A program made the translations under genes and the position numbers. The notes beneath the pieces were generated by a model. The model searched no databases. It was not told the DNA's origin and saw only the letters and a program-made list of their open reading frames with translations. Of a DNA stretch of 24,941 nucleotides, positions 16,376 through 24,941 are shown in pieces. Positions within the stretch are counted from its first letter, which is position 1, and each line of letters opens with the position of its first letter. The stretch spans positions 3,119 to 28,059 of the forward strand of contig JBBDIZ010000017.1 of assembly GCA_040880145.1 (NCBI GenBank), given 5' to 3'. The DNA comes from Simkaniaceae bacterium (lineage in GTDB: Bacteria > Chlamydiota > Chlamydiia > Chlamydiales > JAJFMI01).

Positions 16376-17467
16376 TTTGGGGATCATGAATTTGGGTAAT
16401 AAATTTTTCAGCTCTTTTTGAACAAATTCGGTTGTTAGCAATGGAAAAATTTTAGCATGGGGTCTCATGCCAAACTCAAGATCTTCTACCGGTTCGACAA
16501 GCGCGCGATGGATGCCCTTGATGGAGAGAAGCGCTTTTTCGATCTCTTCCGGCTGAATATTTTCTCCTCCACTAATAAATTGACGATCTTTGCGTCCGAT
16601 TATATAGAGATTGGGCTTAAGTTTTCCTAAATCTTTTGTTTTGAAATAGCCGTTAGCGAGGGGAGTTTCTTGATCTAAATATCCAAGAAAAAGGGTAGAG
16701 CCCTTTACCAGGATTTCTTGATTTTCATCTATCTTAATTTGACGGTATTTTAATGGTTTGCCAAGGGAAAGCGTGCCGTCGAAAAAATGGCCTGTAATTT
16801 GACCGCTCATCTCGCTCATTCCATAAGTTGTAACGAGGGTGTGCCCCTGATCTCTCGCTTGATTGCAAAGAGAAAGAGGAGGACTTTGTCCCCCAAGAAG
16901 AATTGTTTTCGGAAAAAAGGAATGGGGTTGGCTTAAAAAGCGCTTAAGTTGAACAGGGACAAAAGAGAGGCGGGTAGGAGTCAAAGATTCATCGAGTAAA
17001 AGCGTGCTTTTTGTAAGAAGCGTTCGAAATAAAATTTGCACCCCCCCCACATGAAAAAGAGGGAGGCTTAAAAGCGAGTGATCCGATTCGGTTATCTTTA
17101 AAAATTCAATGGATCCTATAGCGGATAGCAGATGATTTGAAAGAGATAGCCTGACAATTTTATGCTTTCCGGAGCTTCCTGAAGTTAAAATATAGGTCGA
17201 TGCTTCTAGATCTTTTCTTTTTTTCGTTTGCGCTATAATTTCATTCACTGTTTTTTTTGGGAGTCTATGAGAAAGAGGGAAGGCGACCCTTTCATAAGCA
17301 TATAAAGAGAGGTGAAAAATGAGAGAGTCTATTGTATTTTGAGGAAAGAAGGGAACAATCTCATGTTTATTAAATGGCGGCTTTTTTAATCGTTTCTTTA
17401 ACTCAGAGTAGGTTAGAGAGCCGCTTTTTGAGTAGAGGGCAATGTTGTTTGAAGAGGGAAAGATCAA
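16325..17467 (-). CDS. menE: o-succinylbenzoate-CoA ligase
   Basis: TSGSSGKHK P-loop, LPLFHVGG, YGMSE, TKDLG and GRKDRQFISGGENIQPEEIE. Probable TTG start at 17467 (ORF open to 17524). Confidence 0.9.
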   Translation of the reverse strand: MIFPSSNNIALYSKSGSLTYSELKKRLKKPPFNKHEIVPFFPQNTIDSLIFHLSLYAYERVAFPLSHRLPKKTVNEIIAQTKKRKDLEASTYILTSGSSGKHKIVRLSLSNHLLSAIGSIEFLKITESDHSLLSLPLFHVGGVQILFRTLLTKSTLLLDESLTPTRLSFVPVQLKRFLSQPHSFFPKTILLGGQSPPLSLCNQARDQGHTLVTTYGMSEMSGQITGHFFDGTLSLGKPLKYRQIKIDENQEILVKGSTLFLGYLDQETPLANGYFKTKDLGKLKPNLYIIGRKDRQFISGGENIQPEEIEKALLSIKGIHRALVEPVEDLEFGMRPHAKIFPLLTTEFVQKELKNLLPKFMIPKSFELLQEEAKIVGNLL

Positions 17468-18269
17468 GGCGGGGTCCTCTTGGGATTTGAAAGAAATTTT
17501 CCGATAAGTATCCGCTTGTGTCAAGTCCTAATTCATCGCATGGAAAGTTTCGAGTAAGAGCAACATGTGCAATGGTCATAATTCCAACAGCGCTTTCAAA
17601 ACTTGAGCTGAGAAGGGGTTTTACGTTATTTAAATAGGCTTGATTTCGATAGAAATCGAGTACTTTAAATCCTCCCATAAGTGTGGGTTTTAACACCCAA
17701 TATTGAACGTTTTTGATTGTCTTAATTTTAGTAAGAGAATGTTCACGTAAAGTCTCATCTAGAGCAAGGGGAAAAGGAGAGATTTTAGAGAATTTTTTGA
17801 GCTCTTCAAATGTTTTTACTGGCTCTTCAAAGTACGTAATGGCTTTTTTGGGAAGTCTCATGACTAAATCTAAGGCTTCTTCAAATGATAAAGAGCGGTT
17901 CGCATCCAGATGAATTTGGGCTTGATTCTGCGCCCAGGAAATTGCGTAGAGAAGCTCATCTTTGGTATAATCCGCCACCTTGATTTTAATTTTTTTAAAT
18001 CCAAGATTTAACGTCTCATCGAGATTTTGCTTGAGCACAAGTCCGGAGAGATGGACAATCCCTTTTTGAATGGGATGAGATTTTTGCCATTTTAGCGAGT
18101 CAAGAGCGAAGGCATAAGAGGGTGACCGGAGCTTTTTTTCAAGGGCTTCATTCAAAGATTCATGACTAAATCCCGGAAGCGGCGAAATTTCAGAAAGGGC
18201 ATTTTGGTCATGAAGCAGAGCAAGAGCTCTAGAGTTTAATGAGAAGCGAGATAGAGAGAAAGAGGGCAT
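17403..18269 (-). CDS. menC: o-succinylbenzoate synthase (enolase superfamily)
   Basis: EISPLPGFS, KIKV (KxK), LDAN, FEEP, ALDE, VLKPTLMG, SSSFES and GLDT. ATG at 18269 (ORF open to 18281). Confidence 0.9.
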   Translation of the reverse strand: MPSFSLSRFSLNSRALALLHDQNALSEISPLPGFSHESLNEALEKKLRSPSYAFALDSLKWQKSHPIQKGIVHLSGLVLKQNLDETLNLGFKKIKIKVADYTKDELLYAISWAQNQAQIHLDANRSLSFEEALDLVMRLPKKAITYFEEPVKTFEELKKFSKISPFPLALDETLREHSLTKIKTIKNVQYWVLKPTLMGGFKVLDFYRNQAYLNNVKPLLSSSFESAVGIMTIAHVALTRNFPCDELGLDTSGYLSENFFQIPRGPRLDLSLFKQHCPLLKKRLSNLL

Positions 18270-19095
18270 GGAATAATTCAAGTTTTGCCGTATTGGCTAG
18301 GATTTGATTGAGATTTTTTCCTTTTTTTAATTGGAAATAGAAAAAAAAACTTGGAATGAGAAATAGAGGTGAAAAAAGATAAAGAGGCACGTCTTTATAA
18401 AAAATCAGAGGAATGAAGCAGGCTGCGGCGAGTTCGAATAAATAGAGATTGACTCCGAATGCTCGTCCCCATCTGACAGGTATGGATCGTCTTAAAACAA
18501 GGCGGTCTTCATCGACATCCCGGACATTATTGACATTTAAAATAGCGCTTGAAAAAAGACCGGGAGCAAATCCGATAATCAATGTAAAAAGTGATACGTT
18601 TCCGGTCATCAGATAGCCGCTAAAAAAAAGGAGGATGGGACCAAAAAAAAGAAAGGCAAAGAGATCGCCAAGCCCTCGATCGGCGAAAGAAAGTGGTTTT
18701 TTTGTATAAAAAAGGGCTGACAAAAGAGAAAGCGCAAAGAGAAGACCAATTAAAGCTCCACCTCTATATATTAAAAAACTTGAGCTCAAAAATGCGAGTG
18801 AAAAGAGGGTGATCATTCCTTTTTTCATTTGATTCACGCTCATACTCCCATCTAAAAGGGCCCGCTTTGGCCCTTTTCGTTTTTCATGGTCAGCTCCTTG
18901 GATAAAATCATAGTAGTTGCTTGCGAAATTAGCCCCTACTTGGATAAAAAGCGTTGAAAACAAGAGAAGAAAAAAGACAAAAATATTGAAACTTTTTTCA
19001 CTCACGCTATAGGCATAGACGATCAAAAGAGGGCTAATCCCAACGAGTAATGTTTTAGGTCTTGCTGACTCAATCCAAGGAGCTATTGAATTCAT
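18229..19095 (-). CDS. menA: 1,4-dihydroxy-2-naphthoate prenyltransferase
   Basis: ARPKTL, N...[14 protein letters not shown]....FFG and NNVRDVDED UbiA-family motifs with multiple TM helices. Confidence 0.93.
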   Translation of the reverse strand: MNSIAPWIESARPKTLLVGISPLLIVYAYSVSEKSFNIFVFFLLLFSTLFIQVGANFASNYYDFIQGADHEKRKGPKRALLDGSMSVNQMKKGMITLFSLAFLSSSFLIYRGGALIGLLFALSLLSALFYTKKPLSFADRGLGDLFAFLFFGPILLFFSGYLMTGNVSLFTLIIGFAPGLFSSAILNVNNVRDVDEDRLVLRRSIPVRWGRAFGVNLYLFELAAACFIPLIFYKDVPLYLFSPLFLIPSFFFYFQLKKGKNLNQILANTAKLELFHALFLSISLLIKL

Positions 19096-19931
19096 GGGCG
19101 TTTGGGGTATTGAGAAAAGTTAGGCGGTCTTTTTTCTAAATAAGCGCGATGGCCTTCTTTGGCCTCTTCACTCATGTAGTAAAGAAGGGTTGCATTTCCA
19201 GCGAGCTCTTGAAGCCCTATCTCACCATCACAGTCTGCATTGAGCCCTGATTTTAAACATCTAATGGCGAGCGGAGAGTGTTTAAGGATCTCGCGGCACC
19301 AATCAACAGTGACTTGCTCCAGTTTTTCTAAGGGAACTACTTCATTGACAAGGCCCATTTTGAGAGCTTCTTCTGCGGAATATTGGCGGCAGAGAAACCA
19401 GATTTCACGCGCTTTTTTCTGCCCGACAATCCGTGCTAAATAACTAGATCCAAGGCCGGCATCAAAAGAGCCTACCTTAGGTCCTGTTTGACCAAAAACA
19501 GCATTATCAGCAGCGACAGTGAGATCGCAGACGACGTGAAGGACATGTCCGCCTCCAATCGCGTAGCCTGCAACCATAGCGATAACGGGCTTTGGACAGG
19601 TGCGAATTTGTCTTTGGAAATCGAGGACATTGAGGCGGAAGATTCCATCTTGATCTTCATAGCCTGCGCTTCCACGAATTTTTTGATCCCCTCCACTGCA
19701 GAAGGCGTTGGATCCTTGACCTGTTAAAATGACGACCCCAATTGCAGGATCATTTCTCGCATCCTCTAAAGCCCTCATCATTTCTTGTACGGTTTTTGGG
19801 CGGAAAGCATTATGGATCTCAGGACGGTTGATTGTGATTTTAGCAATGCCTTCTGCTTTAGAATATAAGATGTCTGTATAAAGACCCGATGAGATCCATT
19901 CGACATCACTTGTGATTAAAGTTGATTCCAT
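19092..19931 (-). CDS. menB: 1,4-dihydroxy-2-naphthoyl-CoA synthase
   Basis: [48 protein letters not shown] and [16 protein letters not shown]. Confidence 0.97.
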   Translation of the reverse strand: MESTLITSDVEWISSGLYTDILYSKAEGIAKITINRPEIHNAFRPKTVQEMMRALEDARNDPAIGVVILTGQGSNAFCSGGDQKIRGSAGYEDQDGIFRLNVLDFQRQIRTCPKPVIAMVAGYAIGGGHVLHVVCDLTVAADNAVFGQTGPKVGSFDAGLGSSYLARIVGQKKAREIWFLCRQYSAEEALKMGLVNEVVPLEKLEQVTVDWCREILKHSPLAIRCLKSGLNADCDGEIGLQELAGNATLLYYMSEEAKEGHRAYLEKRPPNFSQYPKRP

Positions 19932-20574
19932 TCATTTCTCCAGCAAGGTTTTTTGGGGTTTCGAGGTGAGGGGCGTGCGATGAGTCCTTAATAAGAGCTG
20001 ATTTCATCCCCTTACTTATCAATATTTTGTGGATTGTGGCATATTTAGTATCTTTTTGACCAAAGAAAAATTGAACAGGCCAGTTATTGAAATTAGGCCC
20101 AAAATTTGGTTGAGAAGAGAGTCGAAACCGGTTAAAAGCTTCTTTCATTTTGAGGGGGTTGTTTTTTAAACGATTTTGAAAAACGTCCGGGAAGCATAAA
20201 GATGTTTTGAGGTGAGTAAAGATCTCTTGATTGTACCAAGCCTTCAGAAAGCGCGTTTTCGGCCATCTGTCGAAATTGTCGAGCCATTGCTGCTCCCAAT
20301 TTTTTCTTTTTTCGCTATCATCTCGAAAGGGATTTGAGCTGATAGCGATCACTTGCTTTACCAAATGGGGATACTTTTGATAAAACATCAAACTGATTCG
20401 GCCTCCCATCGAATAGCCGATTAGAGTCAAGTCGGGACCATATTGCAATAAATCTTCTAAGCAAGTGGGAAGATCGATGGGATGAAACTCACCTAAAAGA
20501 TAGGTTCTTAAAGGTGTAAAATCATCCGGACTTCCATAAAAGCCGGGAATCAAAAGTGCTTTAGAGCTTGGCAT
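19906..20574 (-). CDS. menH: SHCHC synthase (alpha/beta hydrolase)
   Basis: GYSMGGR nucleophile elbow, WYNQEIF, G.KD.KY and HAPHLE.P. Located between menD and menB. Confidence 0.85.
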   Translation of the reverse strand: MPSSKALLIPGFYGSPDDFTPLRTYLLGEFHPIDLPTCLEDLLQYGPDLTLIGYSMGGRISLMFYQKYPHLVKQVIAISSNPFRDDSEKRKNWEQQWLDNFDRWPKTRFLKAWYNQEIFTHLKTSLCFPDVFQNRLKNNPLKMKEAFNRFRLSSQPNFGPNFNNWPVQFFFGQKDTKYATIHKILISKGMKSALIKDSSHAPHLETPKNLAGEMNGINFNHK

Positions 20575-22291
20575 ACCGTGGGAAGGCGTATTTTTTAAAA
20601 CATCCCTTTAATCTTGAAAGCGCCCGAGTATGCTCTTCGAAAGCAACCTCGCAATCGATAGGAATCTCAACGATGGAAGGCGCATTTTTTGGGACTTCGA
20701 ATGATAGAACATTTTCAGTTTCGGCTAAGTTTTGAGGATGATAATATTGGAGGCCAAATTGTTGGGCGATAGCTGAAAAATCCATCTGATGGGAATTTGC
20801 AAAATACGTTTCAAAATGTTCTTTTTCCTCTCGAATAGGGAGATGCTTGAAAATACCACCACCACCGTTATTCATAATGATAAAAGTGATTGGAAGTGAT
20901 TTTTTAACAAGGGCAAGTGAGTTCAAATCATGTAAGAAAGTTTGATCACCCATCAAGACAAAAAGCCGTTTTTTTAACGCATCAGCCATTCCTACAGAGG
21001 TTGCAATGTGGCCATCGATACCGGACAACCCTCGATTGGCAAAGAGCGGTCCGATTCCTTTTTGGGGATAGAAGAAATGGTCACAGTTTCGAATGGAAAG
21101 AGAATTGCCAACAAAGAACGCGTCATTTTCACTAAGAGATTCAGATAAAAATCGAGTGAGGGAAATATTTGTGAGATTTTGATTTTTATTGAAGTAGGAA
21201 GCGTAATTATTTTCAGCCTGCAAAGACGCCTCTTTCCACATCTCCATGTAGTCGCTAGAAGGATGTCCCGGGAGATGATCGGATAAATTTTGAGCAAACT
21301 CTAGCGGGGGAATATAGATACGCTCTTGAATGAGGTGAAGAGGGTCAAAACGCTTCGATTTATCGCTTATATGCAAATATTTTTGAGGCGGAAACTGTTT
21401 CAACATCTCCAAAATTTTAGTGCTGACAAAAGAGCCTCCAAAATGCAAAAGAGCGTCAGGTTTAAGAGAGTCCAGGTCTTTTTCTGAATTCAAAAGAGCA
21501 TCGATATGTTTTATAAAATGAGGGTTGGGGCCAAAATTTCTTGCATTTGAGAGGATGTCAGGAATAATAGGCCACTGAAGGCGGCGAGAGAGCGTGATAA
21601 AAGGATCAATCGATTGAGTTGGAGGAAGCTCTCCGAGAAGAATGAGCCCTTTATCAAAGCGAGAGAGAGTTGTTGCAATCTCTTCGTAAAGATCATTTCC
21701 AAGAGTGTATTTGGGCAGATATTGACGTCTTTTAAAAGGGGAGTCGATAAAGCTCTCATCAGGGCTCTCCATTAAGGGTTTTCGAAAAGCACAGTTGAGA
21801 TGAACCGGACCTTTTCTTGGCCACATCGTTGTATGAGCAATTTCTGACGCTAGGCTTTTTAAATATTGAGAGGAGAGGGAAGCGTCGGGGCAGGGAAGAG
21901 AAATCGAGCGATTGACGTAAGAGCCAAAAAATTTCACCTGATCACATGTTTGGTTGGATCCTGTCTCTTGAAGCTCAGGAGGACGATCTGCGGATAGAAC
22001 CAGGAGGGGGATTTCAGAGTGATAGGCTTCCATAACAGCAGGCATAAGGTGGCCGAGAGCTGATCCTGAGGTAACGACAATTGCGGCCGGTGTATTTGAA
22101 GCTTTAGCGTACCCGAGGGCTTGAAAGGCCGCTCCTCTTTCGTCAAAGTGAACGGAGGTTTGAGCAAGTGGATGTTTCGCTATGGCCATCACAAGGGAAG
22201 TGTTCCGAGCTCCCGGAGCAATAGAAAAGTAGCGAATTTTTTGTTGAATGAGTTCTTTAATAAGTATTTGAGCCCACTCCCTATTTTTCAT
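20561..22291 (-). CDS. menD: SEPHCHC synthase (ThDP-dependent)
   Basis: PGARNTSL, DERGAAFQALG, TSGSA, SADRPPEL, GPVHLN, NRGLSGIDG and GDQTFLHDLNSL...NNGGGGIF. Confidence 0.96.
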   Translation of the reverse strand: MKNREWAQILIKELIQQKIRYFSIAPGARNTSLVMAIAKHPLAQTSVHFDERGAAFQALGYAKASNTPAAIVVTSGSALGHLMPAVMEAYHSEIPLLVLSADRPPELQETGSNQTCDQVKFFGSYVNRSISLPCPDASLSSQYLKSLASEIAHTTMWPRKGPVHLNCAFRKPLMESPDESFIDSPFKRRQYLPKYTLGNDLYEEIATTLSRFDKGLILLGELPPTQSIDPFITLSRRLQWPIIPDILSNARNFGPNPHFIKHIDALLNSEKDLDSLKPDALLHFGGSFVSTKILEMLKQFPPQKYLHISDKSKRFDPLHLIQERIYIPPLEFAQNLSDHLPGHPSSDYMEMWKEASLQAENNYASYFNKNQNLTNISLTRFLSESLSENDAFFVGNSLSIRNCDHFFYPQKGIGPLFANRGLSGIDGHIATSVGMADALKKRLFVLMGDQTFLHDLNSLALVKKSLPITFIIMNNGGGGIFKHLPIREEKEHFETYFANSHQMDFSAIAQQFGLQYYHPQNLAETENVLSFEVPKNAPSIVEIPIDCEVAFEEHTRALSRLKGCFKKYAFPRYAKL

Positions 22292-22971
22292 TAATTTATC
22301 CTTGCATTAAGAAATTCTTTTGTTTTTGGGAATTCAAGATTCAAATTGAAAATGGGGGTAATGGCACCGATCCCTTTTGCACTTGAAACCTCGATAACAC
22401 GGCCTCCTTTTTTACGATCTTGCGAGATAAAATGAAAGTGAAATTTATCAAAAGCAATTCCGCTTAAGGAGCTTGGCATCCAAAAACCAACAAGGGAGCC
22501 CTTGATATCATTGAGTTCAAAAAGATCAGGTTTTTGTTTTGAGTAGGTGCTATTGAGCTTAATGTGGTTAAAGGTTCCGGTAATTAAAATGGCATAAGGG
22601 ATGTTTTGGGAGTCGAAGTGAGGCAAAATTTCTTGATCAAGCTTCACAAAGGTGTTGGCAGCGCCCACATCAAAATGCTTTGCAGGTTGAAATAAAATTG
22701 CGTTTGCAATTGCGATCCCCTCTTTTTCATCAACCTTTTGCAATGCGCCTCCTTTTGTGACTTTATAAGAGTTGCCATCATATCGGATGAAGACAGCCTC
22801 ATCAGAAGAGAGGCTTCCAATAGCAAAATCGCCCTTCTTTGCAAGAGCGCTTTCTGAAAGGGCATTTTGATCAACACCGCTATTAAAATACTTTTGTAGG
22901 TTTATTTGATAAAGAGAGGTTTCAGCCCAAATAAAAAAGGGGAAGAGCAGGTAGGGAAAAAAAAATTTCAT
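22291..22971 (-). CDS. Alpha-acetolactate decarboxylase (AlsD/BudA)-fold protein with a predicted signal peptide and degenerate active site
   Basis: LYQ, GDFAIG, YAILITGTF, GSLVGFW.P and FHFHFISQDRKKGG motifs of the ALDC family. N-terminal MKFFFPYLLFPFFIWA leader. Confidence 0.8.
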   Translation of the reverse strand: MKFFFPYLLFPFFIWAETSLYQINLQKYFNSGVDQNALSESALAKKGDFAIGSLSSDEAVFIRYDGNSYKVTKGGALQKVDEKEGIAIANAILFQPAKHFDVGAANTFVKLDQEILPHFDSQNIPYAILITGTFNHIKLNSTYSKQKPDLFELNDIKGSLVGFWMPSSLSGIAFDKFHFHFISQDRKKGGRVIEVSSAKGIGAITPIFNLNLEFPKTKEFLNARIN

Positions 22972-24023
22972 TTAAGAACCTTTATAAATTGAGATATTTT
23001 TTCATTGATTTCATTCCACTCCTTTTCAGGCTTTGAACCTTGGACAATTCCGCCGCCTGCAAAGAGTTGAATGCTTTTTTGTTTTACAAGCGCTGAGCGT
23101 ATGGCAACAGCGAAGTGGGCCTTTTCTTTTGAACAATAACCAATGGGAGCGCCATACCATCCGCGATCAAAGGGTTCTAGTTTCTGTATCATGTTTAGGG
23201 CGCCCTTTTTTGGGATGCCTCCGAGCGCTGCCGTTGGGTGGAGGATTTCGATGAGCATTTCATCCGTGATCGACTTATCAAGATCAGCTGTTACCATTGA
23301 AGATAAATGTCTGAGGCTTGCAGTTTCTAAGGGAACGACTGGAGAATGGGAAATTTTCGAAGAGAAAGGGGATAATACTTTTAGAATATTATCTAAAACA
23401 AAATCAAATTCAGCCCGCTCTTTCTTATTCTCTAAAAAAGCGGTTTCACATTCCTCTTTTCGACACGTGCCGGCTAAAGCCCTCATCATAAGGTGGCGAT
23501 TTGATCGCTTATAAAAGGTTTCAGGAGAAGTTCCAATAAAAATTGGCCCCTCTTTTTTCCATTGGATGGCAAATTTAATCACATTTTCTGAAGAAAGAGA
23601 GCTTAAAAGAAGGTAGGGGTCACAGGGACTTGTTAATTCGACAATGAAGCTATTGGCTAAAACAACCTTTGAAAGAGAGCTCTCTAGTATGGCTTCAACC
23701 GCTTTTTTATGCTCATTTTGAGAAAGAAGTTCTTGAATACTTCCACTTTTTAAAAGAGGAGGAGGCTGTTTTTGAGGTTTAATCCTCTCAATTCTAGAGT
23801 ATTTTGGAAGAAAAAAGCAGGTTTGATCGAAACCATCCCAATCAGAACGCTTCCTTTTTTTTTGGAAAAAATCCCTTCCTCCATAGTAACAGTGATCGCT
23901 TGCAGGGACATGTTTTACAATATCAAGAGCGCCGCAAACAGCTCGAACTTCCCCTTCGCTTTCAAAGTAGAATTTTGGATAGTCATCTTTTTCTTTAAGC
24001 CAATTAAGGAGCATTTTTCTCAC
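22968..24023 (-). CDS. menF: Isochorismate synthase
   Basis: KVVLA, FIGTSPE, ALAGT, HPTAALGGIP, DRGWYGAPIG, VAIRSAL and FAGGGIVQGS.PEKEWNE. Confidence 0.92.
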   Translation of the reverse strand: MRKMLLNWLKEKDDYPKFYFESEGEVRAVCGALDIVKHVPASDHCYYGGRDFFQKKRKRSDWDGFDQTCFFLPKYSRIERIKPQKQPPPLLKSGSIQELLSQNEHKKAVEAILESSLSKVVLANSFIVELTSPCDPYLLLSSLSSENVIKFAIQWKKEGPIFIGTSPETFYKRSNRHLMMRALAGTCRKEECETAFLENKKERAEFDFVLDNILKVLSPFSSKISHSPVVPLETASLRHLSSMVTADLDKSITDEMLIEILHPTAALGGIPKKGALNMIQKLEPFDRGWYGAPIGYCSKEKAHFAVAIRSALVKQKSIQLFAGGGIVQGSKPEKEWNEINEKISQFIKVLK

Positions 24024-24711
24024 CTTTGTAGAGTGTGACAGATCCTAGAGTAAAAGGGGTGAAGGTGATTTTTGAAAAATTTGCTTTTTCTAGGAGCTTA
24101 CAAAAATTAGCGCCAAAGGGAAAGGTTTCAATCGTTTGATTGAGATAGCGATAGGCTGATTTTTGTTTAGAGAGAAAGCCTCCAACTTTAGGAAGGATGT
24201 GTCGCAAGTAAAATTTGTGTCCTATGCGAAAGAAGGGGTTTGTGACTTGGGAGAACTCTAAGATAAGAAGACAGCCATTGGGGCGTAAAACGCGATAAAT
24301 TTCAGATAAACATCGGTCGACATCTTCAACATTTCGGATTCCAAAGGAGATGGTGACGACATCGACAGAACCATCATCTAAAGGGATGTCTAAGGCATCC
24401 CCCTCCAAGAACTGTACCTTAGAGCTTAAATTTCTTTTTTCTATCTTTTGCTTCCCCACTTCAAGCATCTTAAGTGAGATATCGATTCCAATAGCTTGCT
24501 TTATGGGAGCATTCAGTTCAAAGAAGGAAATCACCTGATCGCCGGTTCCCGTTGCCAAATCTAATAAATCAAAGGGAGCTTTGGGAAGAGAGTTAAAAAG
24601 TCTTCTTCTCCATTTTTTGTCTAGACCAAAGGAGAGAATGCGATTGATCAAATCATAGCGACCTGAAATGGTATCAAACATTTCTCTGACATTTTTTCTT
24701 GAAACCATCAT
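24004..24711 (-). CDS. menG: Demethylmenaquinone methyltransferase (MenG/UbiE)
   Basis: MFDTISGRYDLINRILSFG.D..WR, LDLATGTGD (SAM motif), TISFGIRNV, RVLRPNG...ILEFS and AYRYL..TIETFP. Confidence 0.95.
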   Translation of the reverse strand: MMVSRKNVREMFDTISGRYDLINRILSFGLDKKWRRRLFNSLPKAPFDLLDLATGTGDQVISFFELNAPIKQAIGIDISLKMLEVGKQKIEKRNLSSKVQFLEGDALDIPLDDGSVDVVTISFGIRNVEDVDRCLSEIYRVLRPNGCLLILEFSQVTNPFFRIGHKFYLRHILPKVGGFLSKQKSAYRYLNQTIETFPFGANFCKLLEKANFSKITFTPFTLGSVTLYKGEKNAP

Positions 24712-24746
24712 AGCTTTCAGATTCTATGATTTTTATCAATTTATGC

Positions 24747-24763
24747 CTATGAAAATTTCATAG
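24747..24763. promoter_or_regulatory. Perfect 8-1-8 inverted repeat upstream of the men operon (possible operator)
   Basis: CTATGAAA-A-TTTCATAG, 35 nt upstream of the menG start. Confidence 0.35.
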
Positions 24764-24844
24764 AAGCGATGAATATAGGAACCCTAAACGCGAGAATAGG
24801 GCCCCCCAGTAGGAGGTCAATAGACATCTTGCATAACCCCAATT

Positions 24845-24870
24845 CCTTGCCCCTGCCCTTGCCCTTGCCC
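24845..24870. repeat. Hexanucleotide tandem repeat (CCTTGC)4 with G-quadruplex potential on the minus strand
   Basis: CCTTGC CCCTGC CCTTGC CCTTGC CC. The minus strand reads GGGCAAGGGCAAGGGCAGGGG. Confidence 0.8.
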
Positions 24871-24941
24871 GAAAAGTTTGAAAAAATTCTGGCACACAAT
24901 ACTATTTTTTAAGCCGTTCCTTCTGTACAGAAACGAATTCT

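Noticed and set aside
22957..22965. T9 homopolymer just after the start of the ALDC-like gene as a phase-variation switch
   Set aside because: A/T runs of 8-9 nt are common throughout this window and the frame is intact.
22291..22971. Functional budA/alsD acetoin pathway, or repair of MenD side-products
   Set aside because: No acetolactate synthase or butanediol dehydrogenase nearby, key catalytic and Zn residues appear substituted, and a signal peptide would separate it from cytoplasmic MenD.
24778..24820. Small hairpin (GGGGCCCTA...TAGGGTTCC, minus strand) as an ncRNA or riboswitch
   Set aside because: Short, relies on G.U pairs, and has no recognisable riboswitch, SRP or tRNA motif. It overlaps a weak TTGACC-16-TATTCT promoter-like motif, so it cannot be assigned.

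Overview
A gene-dense, AT-rich chromosomal window that looks like an environmental member of the phylum Chlamydiota. This is inferred from the chlamydial gene neighbourhoods and a near-canonical Slc1/CT043 type III secretion chaperone. Left part: an FtsB-like gene, two CNNM/CBS membrane proteins, a cysteine desulfurase, a PP2C phosphatase, a CPBP/CAAX protease and a lipoprotein, resembling the C. trachomatis CT253-CT259 block, then glgX and slc1. Middle: two orphan ORFs (one Inc-like, one in very AT-rich DNA), dnaA, a long yidC and a TPR protein. Right part: a complete, tightly overlapping classical menaquinone operon (menG-menF-X-menD-menH-menB-menA-menC-menE) plus a convergent DHNA-CoA thioesterase. 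No rRNA, tRNA, CRISPR array or transposase was seen. The most unusual observations are: (1) gene X is a signal-peptide-bearing acetolactate-decarboxylase-fold protein with a degenerate active site, translationally coupled inside the men operon; (2) a short TA-flanked palindromic repeat occurs three times in intergenic DNA and shows a compensatory stem change; (3) a candidate chaperone/Inc/effector islet lies between slc1 and dnaA; (4) a G-quadruplex-capable hexamer repeat and a possible MITE end lie upstream of the men operon. I cannot establish from sequence alone that any of these is a previously undescribed system.
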